From positions 206,757-270,756 of the IMG/VR virus record IMGVR_UViG_3300023049_000005: a stretch of DNA of 64,000 nt; one strand, written 5' to 3'. Position numbers and translations under genes: made by a program. The notes under the pieces were generated by a model. That model had not been told where the DNA came from. It was given only the letters and a program-made list of their open reading frames with translations, and searched no databases. Positions 39,779 through 48,800 of this stretch are shown here, in pieces. How positions within the stretch are numbered: position 1 is the first letter of the stretch; each line of letters starts with the position of its first letter.

Positions 39779-40708
39779 TTCGTAACTATTATTCTTACCG
39801 TCAATTAAATAAGAGACACATTCTTTATTCTCTGCATATTTATACCCCGCTTCCCACCATTTTTCGGATAACTCTTTATCAAATATTAAAGCATTATTAG
39901 TAAGTCTTTTATTTAAGTAATGAAAGTTTATTTGTATTTTCTTAGTAGCATGATGTGCTAAATACCCTATGTCAATTTGATGATCTTTAATTTTATTCAT
40001 CATTAGTAATAGTAATTTTATCTGATAATGTAATATATTTCTAATATGCTCAATAGCCCAATCTGTTTTTTCTTTATCTAGTACGATTACATCTATTATA
40101 TCATTCTTATCCAAGATAGCTTGTTTAATTGGAACTTGTGTTGAAACACCACCATCAGTATAATGACATCCGTTTATTTCAGGTAAACTCATAAAAGGAG
40201 GCGCACAAGTAGATGCCCACATCCAATCACAAAATTCTTCATAGGTATAATCCTTTAAATCCTTTTCTTCAGGCATACCTGTTGACATATTAGTAACTAC
40301 GATCAATATTTTTTTACCACTGTTGATCAGATCAATATAATTATCTTTTGTGAAAAATTTAGGAATTGTGTGTGTCCTTAACTTTGTAGTATCCCCCAAA
40401 GCAATCTGTTTATTGATAATAATATTCTTAAATATATTCCAATAGTTTACACCATAGATATAAATACCATTACTTTGTTTTTCGATTTTAAACGGATTAA
40501 TTGAGAATATATCATCCATTGTAATAGATGAAAACGCTGTCTTTAATTTGTTGTAATTATTAGTAGCCGCAAAAGGAATTAAAAGAGATCCTATAGATGA
40601 ACCATATAAATTATCATAAGTTATTCCGTTTCTAATATAATATTCTATAATCCCACCTGCGTAAGCTCCCTTAGACCCACCGACACTTATAACTAGACCT
40701 CTCTTCAT
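39770..40708 (-). CDS. Patatin-like phospholipase
   Basis: SVGGSKG oxyanion loop, GSSIG nucleophile elbow, DGG motif. Confidence 0.85.
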   Translation of the reverse strand: MKRGLVISVGGSKGAYAGGIIEYYIRNGITYDNLYGSSIGSLLIPFAATNNYNKLKTAFSSITMDDIFSINPFKIEKQSNGIYIYGVNYWNIFKNIIINKQIALGDTTKLRTHTIPKFFTKDNYIDLINSGKKILIVVTNMSTGMPEEKDLKDYTYEEFCDWMWASTCAPPFMSLPEINGCHYTDGGVSTQVPIKQAILDKNDIIDVIVLDKEKTDWAIEHIRNILHYQIKLLLLMMNKIKDHQIDIGYLAHHATKKIQINFHYLNKRLTNNALIFDKELSEKWWEAGYKYAENKECVSYLIDGKNNSYELL

Positions 40709-40749
40709 TAATTTATATATAAATTAATGTTTAGTTTGTCTGATAAACA

Positions 40750-41532
40750 TTAAATAAAAACCATATTCCCGTTCTTATAATGAACAAATTCTTTACCTAA
40801 CATCTCAGCCCATTCTTCCTTAGTGGCAGTCTGTTTTCCAAAGACTGTTGTGTTATCTGCACACCACTCACATAGGTCTTCTAAATTATCAAACACAGGG
40901 GATTTAGGAGAACCCTCACTTGTTGTTTCCCATAATTGAAATCCTTCACCCTTTGGTGGATCAGTTGATTCCCATTCTTCGTATAAGTTTTTAGATTCTT
41001 CACTATCCCATACTACACCTTCACCATCACAAATTTCACATAGTCCATATACTCCAATGTCCTTAGCTCTCGCCTTCACACAAATATGCATATTAATACC
41101 ATCATGTCCCATTCCTTCTCTGTTCCATTTATTTACTTCATCAGGCGTAGGTATATATCCATTGTTATAAGGAAGCCAACTGTTACCACCGTTTTTTACC
41201 TTTTCTTCTACCTCTTTCTTTTGTTCCTCATTTAAAGGAACTCTTGTGAAGTCCATTAACCTACCTGATTCTAATAGAGCATTAATTTCAACTTCCGTGA
41301 TATTATTAGAATGTGCTAATTTATTATACCTTCTACCATTACCAAGATATTCCCAATCTTGTTCATCGAATGAATACCATTCTTCTGATATCTTTTTAGT
41401 TTCTTTATTATATCCCGATTGGTCACAAGATATACAATCCACGGCTGTATATAGTGGATTTAAATATCCTTTCCATTTTTTACCTAATTCCCAATCGAAA
41501 TCCATTGGTACTCTTTTTAATTCTCTACCCAT
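40750..41532 (-). CDS. Conserved hypothetical protein with split CxxC zinc motifs
   Basis: Likely start MGRELKRVPMDF at 41532, just after the smpB stop. CISCDQSG, CEICDGEG, WETTSEGSPKSPVF. Confidence 0.7.
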   Translation of the reverse strand: MGRELKRVPMDFDWELGKKWKGYLNPLYTAVDCISCDQSGYNKETKKISEEWYSFDEQDWEYLGNGRRYNKLAHSNNITEVEINALLESGRLMDFTRVPLNEEQKKEVEEKVKNGGNSWLPYNNGYIPTPDEVNKWNREGMGHDGINMHICVKARAKDIGVYGLCEICDGEGVVWDSEESKNLYEEWESTDPPKGEGFQLWETTSEGSPKSPVFDNLEDLCEWCADNTTVFGKQTATKEEWAEMLGKEFVHYKNGNMVFI

Positions 41533-41533
41533 T

Positions 41534-41983
41534 TTAGTTGTGTTTAATATCTCTTTCTGCTTGTCGATCAATGTCTTTACTTTTAATAGAATCTTTCTTA
41601 TCATATAATTTCTTACCCTTACCAACCCCAATTTCTAATTTAGCCCAATTGTTAACGATCAGTAATTTAATAGGAATTAATGAATATCCTTTTTCTTCTA
41701 TTTTTTTAGTTATCTTCTTAATCTCTTGTTTAGTAAGTAATAGTTTCCTCTCTCTTGTTTCATCGTGTTTTTCACCAAACTTATACTCTTTGATATACAT
41801 ATTCTTAACATATATTTCCCCGTCATTAATTATACAGAAAGACTCTTTGATAGAGCATGATCCTTCCCTAACACTTTTTATTTCAGTACCTAATATTCTA
41901 AGACCTGCAACAAAAGTTTCCCCTATCTCATAATTGAAATAAGCTTTCTTATTGTTTACTATTGTTTCTATTTTCTTTGACAT
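41534..41983 (-). CDS. smpB: SsrA-binding protein SmpB
   Basis: NKKAYFNY, AGLRILGTEIKSVR, RERKLLL, GKGKKLYDKK. Start at MSKK (41983); AAAC-N18-TATATT at 41987-42014. Confidence 0.95.
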   Translation of the reverse strand: MSKKIETIVNNKKAYFNYEIGETFVAGLRILGTEIKSVREGSCSIKESFCIINDGEIYVKNMYIKEYKFGEKHDETRERKLLLTKQEIKKITKKIEEKGYSLIPIKLLIVNNWAKLEIGVGKGKKLYDKKDSIKSKDIDRQAERDIKHN

Positions 41984-41993
41984 ATTAATATAG

Positions 41994-42314
41994 TTAAATG
42001 CTATCAATAAGTTTATCTCTGAGTTCAGCTTTAATTAAGTTTACTATTTTTTCTTTATTTCTTCTATATAAGTAAACAGTAATAGTTTCTAATTTGAAAT
42101 CATTCAGATCTAATTTTTCTAAATCTAATATGATATAACGCAAAAATCCATCAGGTGATACTCTCCTTTCATGATAAGCATTACCCTTTAATAAAGATCT
42201 ATCTTGATATAATAATTTCTTCATTAGTTTTTCATTACCAATAGAATTACCTTCCTTGTCTTTTAATATACTAGGATTATTTAGTAAATCTCTTATTACT
42301 ATAAAGTCGCTCAT
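41994..42314 (-). CDS. Hypothetical protein with C-terminal ELRDxxIDxI tag
   Basis: Ends IKAELRDKLIDSI; paralog of 42311..42628. Confidence 0.7.
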   Translation of the reverse strand: MSDFIVIRDLLNNPSILKDKEGNSIGNEKLMKKLLYQDRSLLKGNAYHERRVSPDGFLRYIILDLEKLDLNDFKLETITVYLYRRNKEKIVNLIKAELRDKLIDSI

Positions 42315-42628
42315 AAGCTATCAATAAAAGAATCCCTCAATTCAATAGTAACCATCTTCTTTATTTCTTCATTGTCTATAAAGATATAATCAATTATATC
42401 AATATCAGACATCATAATAAATTTTTGATTTAAATCGATAACTAAGTATTTATTTATATAATATTCAATAATTTGACCATGTTTTATAACATCATCAATA
42501 CCGAAATGAGTTCCGCTATCATATTGAATTAATCTCTTTATAAAATCAATATTACCCCTATTCTCATTGTTTTTATACTTAACAATAGTTGGGTTATTAT
42601 ATATATCCTTAATCAGAATAAAATTCAT
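42311..42628 (-). CDS. Hypothetical protein with C-terminal ELRDxxIDxL tag
   Basis: Ends TIELRDSFIDSL; minus-strand TATCTTTG at 42633-42640. Confidence 0.7.
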   Translation of the reverse strand: MNFILIKDIYNNPTIVKYKNNENRGNIDFIKRLIQYDSGTHFGIDDVIKHGQIIEYYINKYLVIDLNQKFIMMSDIDIIDYIFIDNEEIKKMVTIELRDSFIDSL

Positions 42629-42646
42629 AATACAAAGATAAGAAAA

Positions 42647-43372
42647 TTATATCATATTATCAGCTTTTAACTCTCTGTATAATTCTTCTTCTGTTTTACA
42701 ATTAGAATAATTTAACTTATAATGTTTTTTCATTTTTCGAATAACTCCTTTGATTCCCTTATGGTCTTTTAATAAAGCTTTAAATTCTTCATCACTTTCC
42801 CAAGTATCATCTTTCCCAATAGTAGTAGTGATTTCTTGGTCGAATTCAAATTGGTATAATTCGTCTATTTTAGTTATCCAATTTATTTTAGTATAATAAA
42901 TATGGTCATCTATATTTAAAGCTATATTACCTTCCTTATCTATAGATAGGGGGGTATATGCTTTATTTTTATCGTGTTCGGGATAATCATGGATATATTC
43001 TACATATATCTTCTTTCCGTCCATTATAAGCTCTGCTATTTCTTCCTCTGCTACTGATTCTAATTTCATTAGGTTAGGAATTAAATCGACATGATATCTC
43101 GATCCTAATTTAATTATAGTTGGGATAATAACAATTGAAGCGGGTAATACTAATAATGTGCTTATACCTAATAATTTTAAGATATCAAGAACTTGATCTC
43201 TAAAATAGTTTACTTCTTCTTGTGATATTGGTATTCTGTTCAGAAACTTCATTATTATATTTCTCAAATCTCCTTTATCTTTTATCTCTTTTTTAAGAGT
43301 AACAAGGAATTTTTGGATATATTTTTTTCGATTTTCTTTAGAAAATTTATTTAAATTGGAAAGATATTTCAT
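42647..43372 (-). CDS. Tagged protein with a LETM1-like hydrophobic hairpin
   Basis: DILKLLGISTLLVLPASIVIIPTIIKLG...LIP; late promoter at 43377-43385. Confidence 0.55.
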   Translation of the reverse strand: MKYLSNLNKFSKENRKKYIQKFLVTLKKEIKDKGDLRNIIMKFLNRIPISQEEVNYFRDQVLDILKLLGISTLLVLPASIVIIPTIIKLGSRYHVDLIPNLMKLESVAEEEIAELIMDGKKIYVEYIHDYPEHDKNKAYTPLSIDKEGNIALNIDDHIYYTKINWITKIDELYQFEFDQEITTTIGKDDTWESDEEFKALLKDHKGIKGVIRKMKKHYKLNYSNCKTEEELYRELKADNMI

Positions 43373-43434
43373 AGAGTATATATTAAATCATATATTTGTC
43401 AAAAATAAATATAAATTTAAATTATTATATTATA

Positions 43435-43899
43435 ATGTTGAACCTTTTTACTCTCCTAAAAGATAATGACTACAAATTATCCGTAGCAGAAAGTTGTACA
43501 GGTGGAAACCTACAAGCGTTTATTACATCTAGAAGTGGAGCAAGTGAAGTCTTTAGGGGTGGAATTACTTGTTACACAATTGATCAGAAGGTGAAACATT
43601 TAGGTGTGGATTGGGATTTAGCAGAAGAAGTTGATTGTGTATCATTGGAAGTAGCGGATCAAATGGCACTAGGTTGTGTTAAAATGTTTGGCACTGAGGT
43701 AGCGGCATCGACTACAGGGTATATTGAGAAGTATCTTTATTACTCTATTGTGATTAATGGTGTGGTTGAAGTTAATGGGGAAATTGATCTAAGTAATTAT
43801 AAAAATAGAAGGGAAGCACAACAAGTAGCTTCGATTGATATTATTAATGTCTTAGAAAAAACATTAGAAAGTATATACAGTCCGAATAATATTATATAA
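43435..43899 (+). CDS. cinA: CinA C-terminal domain / NMN deamidase (PncC-like)
   Basis: SVAESCTGG, SGASEVFRGG, VSxEVAxQMAxG, STTG. TATATTTG at 43391-43398 favours the ATG at 43435. Confidence 0.85.
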   Translation: MLNLFTLLKDNDYKLSVAESCTGGNLQAFITSRSGASEVFRGGITCYTIDQKVKHLGVDWDLAEEVDCVSLEVADQMALGCVKMFGTEVAASTTGYIEKYLYYSIVINGVVEVNGEIDLSNYKNRREAQQVASIDIINVLEKTLESIYSPNNII

Positions 43900-43915
43900 T
43901 TTTTATATATAATAG

Positions 43916-44182
43916 ATGAAACAAAACATTAAACTATTTGAACAATTTAATATGGAAAATGTTATAAGCCCGATGTTCTTAGAAACATTAAATGATAATG
44001 AGATAAAAGAATATTTCGATGCTGAGAATATAGATGATTTATCTGATTATGGGAGCTTGGGTGTTATAAAAAATTTCCTAAATAAGAAAAGAGGACTAGG
44101 TTCGTTAGGATCATACATAAATGGTATTGAAAATCATTTAATGTCGATTGTATACGATAGATGGTCAAAAAACATAAAATAA
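43916..44182 (+). CDS. Small tagged protein (MKQNIKLFEQFNME)
   Basis: TTATATATA upstream. Confidence 0.7.
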   Translation: MKQNIKLFEQFNMENVISPMFLETLNDNEIKEYFDAENIDDLSDYGSLGVIKNFLNKKRGLGSLGSYINGIENHLMSIVYDRWSKNIK

Positions 44183-44183
44183 G

Positions 44184-45350
44184 ATGAAATTTATTAAACC
44201 TAGAAGTGTTAACGAAAGTAACTCTATGGAATCTATTATACCTGATTCTATATGGGAACTAAATTCTATTTTCCAAAAAGAAGGACATAAGTTATATGTC
44301 GTTGGTGGAGCAGTAAGAGACTTTCTTAATAATGAAAAACCAAAGGATTTTGATCTAGCTACAGACGCAGAACCACAGAAGGTAATTGATATGTTGAAAC
44401 CTCATTTTAAAGTTAAGGATGAGGTACAAGGTGTTGACTTTGCTGTTGTGGTAGTTTACACAGAAGACGAACCCGATGGAATGGAGATTGCTACTTTCCG
44501 TGAAGACGTATACGGAGATAAACTTGGTAAGACAAGAAATCCTGTTATTAAATTTACGACTATTGAAAAGGACGTGGAAAGACGTGACTTAACCTTCAAT
44601 GGTCTGTTCTTCGATCTAGAAAAGAAAGAAATAATTGACTTAGTAGGTGGACAGAAAGATCTAGAAAATAAGATTACTAGATTTGTAGGTAAACCCGCAG
44701 ATAGAATAATTGAAGATCCACTTCGTATATTAAGACTATTAAGGTTTACTACTAGGTACAACTTTACTATTGAAGAAAAAACTGCTAATGCTATTAAAGA
44801 AAATGGTCACACACTTTCTATTATCACTAAGGAGAGAATTTGGGATAGTAAAAATGGTGAAGTTGTTAAAGCCTTCAAGCAAGCGAAAGACTTTCAGGAT
44901 TACGTAAACTACGTAACGGCTTTTGCGTTATGGGATAATATACTTCCTAATCTTGAAATTAATTCTGAATTAAAGAGCCAAATCAACTTACCTATTGTTG
45001 TTGTTCAATTAGTAAAAGGTAATAGTATTAAGAGTGTTCAGAAGAACCTCACTAAAAGTAAACTATCTACTGATTTAATTAATCAAGTAGTTTTTATGTT
45101 GAAACTATTAGATTTCAATAAAGAAGATATACTTAAATTCCATAGCGATAAAGTAAGGTCTAAGACGGCTGATGATACTATTGAAGAATGGATCAAGATC
45201 AATGGTCTAAAAGGTGATGTTTTAAAGTTCACTAAATTCGTTCCTACTGTTAGTGGAGAAGAAGTGATGAAAAAATTTGATATGAAACCTAGTAGAGAAT
45301 TAGGCGATAAGATCAAGGAGTTGGAAGTTATTAATTTCGAAGCTCTTTAA
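44184..45350 (+). CDS. cca: CCA-adding tRNA nucleotidyltransferase (class II)
   Basis: VGGAVRD, KDFDLAT, EIATFR, RRDLTFN, EDPLRILRLLRF, ERIW; N-terminal extension MKFIKPRSVNES. Confidence 0.9.
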   Translation: MKFIKPRSVNESNSMESIIPDSIWELNSIFQKEGHKLYVVGGAVRDFLNNEKPKDFDLATDAEPQKVIDMLKPHFKVKDEVQGVDFAVVVVYTEDEPDGMEIATFREDVYGDKLGKTRNPVIKFTTIEKDVERRDLTFNGLFFDLEKKEIIDLVGGQKDLENKITRFVGKPADRIIEDPLRILRLLRFTTRYNFTIEEKTANAIKENGHTLSIITKERIWDSKNGEVVKAFKQAKDFQDYVNYVTAFALWDNILPNLEINSELKSQINLPIVVVQLVKGNSIKSVQKNLTKSKLSTDLINQVVFMLKLLDFNKEDILKFHSDKVRSKTADDTIEEWIKINGLKGDVLKFTKFVPTVSGEEVMKKFDMKPSRELGDKIKELEVINFEAL

Positions 45351-45351
45351 T

Positions 45352-45753
45352 ATGTATGTAATACTTACTATAAACCTTCAAGATGATACATTAGTATATT
45401 ACTTTGATAATACACAGGGTAGTATTCTTGTAAACGAAACTTATGTGAAGTCTTTCATAGGTGATATAGAATCTACAAAAGCTGTGATAGAATCTGCGGA
45501 TGCCGTAACTGATGACGGTTTATTAATAAGAACAACCCCTGCTATTATATTTACTGATGATTCTATATCTTGTATAGCTATCAATAAAGAAGGTACGAGA
45601 GCAACACACCTTATCGTAGAAATAAAAGAAGGATACGAAAACCGATTTGATTTAATTCATAAATATGTATCATTATCTGATGAAAGTCTTAAGAATATTG
45701 TATCTAAAATAAGAACTGAATTAAGGGATTGTTTAATAGATAAACTGATCTAA
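45352..45753 (+). CDS. Hypothetical protein with C-terminal ELRDxxIDxL tag
   Basis: Ends IRTELRDCLIDKLI. Confidence 0.7.
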   Translation: MYVILTINLQDDTLVYYFDNTQGSILVNETYVKSFIGDIESTKAVIESADAVTDDGLLIRTTPAIIFTDDSISCIAINKEGTRATHLIVEIKEGYENRFDLIHKYVSLSDESLKNIVSKIRTELRDCLIDKLI

Positions 45754-45754
45754 T

Positions 45755-45828
45755 ATGTATATTTTATAACAAATAGAATTAAAGTAGAGTTAAGAGATAG
45801 AGCTTTAAATTCTGTTACCCCAAATTGA
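45755..45828 (+). pseudogene. Collapsed remnant of a C-terminally tagged gene
   Basis: ATG TAT ATT TTA TAA (MYIL*, like MYVIL at 45352) out of frame with ITNRIKVELRDRALNSV. Confidence 0.45.
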
Positions 45829-48800
45829 ATCGGCTTTAGGTGTTCCTCTGTAAGCACCAACCTCAAATTTAAATGGTTCGCCTTTCAGATTAACTTCTAA
45901 TTCGTGTGGTAATTGTTTAAAGGTCTCAATAGATTTATTAGTATCTATTTGGTTAGGTTTTAAATACCCCTTAATTATATAAGGTAATTCCCCTTCTGTC
46001 TCTTCTAACGAATCATAGAAGTTGGATAATTGATCAAATTCTAAACACCAATGCTCACCTAGTTCTTTATCATCCAAATCAGATATATTATCTAAGAATA
46101 CTAATCGATATACTTCACCACCTTTTTTATTTAAGGTTTTAATCATATTGTTATAGTATTCCCATTCTTCTTCGGCTCTATCACCATCTTCGAATTCACT
46201 TATAAACCTTTGGTCTAATTCTTCTTTAATGAAGTCTGAATATTTTAATACAACAGATTCATTAGCTTCTCTAGGTATAAATTCATATAACCTATCGTTT
46301 AATCTTTCATTATAGTCTTCATAATCATTATCATCAAAAGAAACATAATTATTGTCACCTGAATCGGGGCTAAATTTTCCTTCCGCTTCTGTATAAGCAT
46401 TAAACATATTAGATACTTCAAATTCTTCTAATCCACTATAATCTCTTAGATTACTTAAGAAGTATTCGTTATCACACATTTCCCATATATCGGGAATCAC
46501 TTCAATGCCACCGTTAGTATATTTTATTAAACTATTATTTTTGAAATATTTTAATATTTTGTCTAATTCATTAATAGTATTATCAAACCATTTTGATCCT
46601 TGTGCATCTGCCTCAGTTTGACTATATGCTCCATTAATTGCGTCTATTATCTGATCTGCTTCGAAATCATCATAAAAATCTTCATCCTCTGTTTCATAAT
46701 CTTCCTTTAAAACTGATTCTATATCATTTCTTAATTGTCTTAATTCTGCGTCCTCGCTGTATAACTCTTGTGATTTTTTATAACTATAACTTGATTCTGT
46801 GTATTTATCAATAGCTGAGGTATTTATGTCTAATCCATCACTTTTTATTATAGATATTATATCTCTTAAATTATGAACTGTAATCTCATCAAATATACCA
46901 CTTTCTTCAAAATAATTAAAATCATTATGCCACGCATCAAACATATCATAATAATTCTCTAAAGAAAAGTTCATACCACTACTATCATATAGATCCTCTA
47001 AATCAGATAATGTTGTTTCGTATACCCACGCTTCTTCTTCCTTATCATAACTCATACCAATATTTTCATAAAAGACTTTGTTGTATTTAGTATCATGGTA
47101 TGCTAAAGATAGTAGAGCAAAACTATTACCTTCTTCTAAATATTTCTCTAATAATTCTTCATTATTTGCTATACTATATCCTATTAGTTTAACTACGTCT
47201 AAGTCCTCTGTATGGTCTTCATAATATAGTTTGTCACATAAAGTATCCATACTAGTTTCATTTAAATATTTTACAATTTGTGTATCTAATCCTATATTAT
47301 TTTTATTATACTTACTAAGGATAACTTCGTCTTTTTCGCCTGCCCAAGTAGTTAATACTCTATGTAGATTATCTGAGATATAATCTAACTGATCTTCTTC
47401 ATCATCATTTACCATTAAATATTCCCTTTTAATTAATCTATCATATTTATTGAAAAAAGAATAATAATCACCAAATGTTTCAAATGTTTTAACTTCATCA
47501 AATAATAACTCTAATAATTCACCTAAGAACATCTCTATTTCTTTTTCGAAATCATTTACAGTAGGTTTAGAAGGCATCTTGTTATAGATGTCAGATTGGT
47601 TAAAATATTTTTTCATTCCGTTAAGACCAACTTCTTTGTTATTAATCATATCATCTATCTGTTCTTGTATTTTAGGAAAATCATTAATGTCTTTTATGTT
47701 AACAATATTATCTTCTACTACTAATTTTCTTAACTGTCTAGCACTAGCATTAGACTTTACCATTTTAAGAATCACTATAATAGTAAATAGTTCTTTAATA
47801 TTATATTCTTCTTTTTTGTGTGCTTGTAATACCATACTTAGATCCAATACTAACCAAGAGAATATATACTCATTAGAGATTACATAATTTAATAATTCTT
47901 CTGTTTCTGATATAGCTTTAAGATCGGTTATAACTTTTGTTATAACTTTCCTATCTATCTTAAATTCATTAGATACGTCTCTGATATATGGATAAACTTC
48001 TTTATCTAACTTATTTATCTGTTTAATAATTCTATTTATCTCAGTTAAATCTTCTTTGTTTGATAGATACTCAGCTAATGGTTTTGTTAATTCCTTTGAG
48101 GCTATTAAGTAAAACATATCCTTATCGAATAATTTAACCGCTTCTTCTGTTTTAATTAACATAGATAAGAATTTAGGTAACTCTCTACTATTGGCTACTT
48201 GTTCAATGTTTAACATTTTCTCATATTGTTCAGATGTCAATAATTTCATATCTTCTCTGAACTCTAAGGACACAACAGACTTTTCATAAACTTCATAAAG
48301 TTTACTGTTTCCTTTTTCTAAAATATCATAAAACGCTTCGAAGTTTCTTTTACTTAACATATTATATGATGATACATATATCTCTTGTCTAGGTGAATCA
48401 ACTACTCCCGACTTTGTAACAAAGTCTATTAGTATTAAGTAACCACCATTATTCCCTGTTAAATATTCTAATATCCTTTGTTCTAAATTAGAGCTAAAAT
48501 AAAAATATGATAATACTAGTTCTAAGAATTCAACACCTATCTCTTCTGTAACTTTATGTGCGCTTATTATTTCGTATGTGTTGAATATACTTTTTAAACT
48601 TTTACCCTTAGATTCAAATCCTAAGGCATTAAAAAACAATGCTGCGTCTGTTGCGTTTTCTAATTCCTTTAAACCTTTCAATAATCCAATTAAATCATTA
48701 TAATAGAATAAAGAATTGAATAATACTTTACTGTCTTGATTATCCTCTTGGAAATATTTAAGGCTTTCTTTTGGTATGTTCACTTCTATGTCACCTATTT

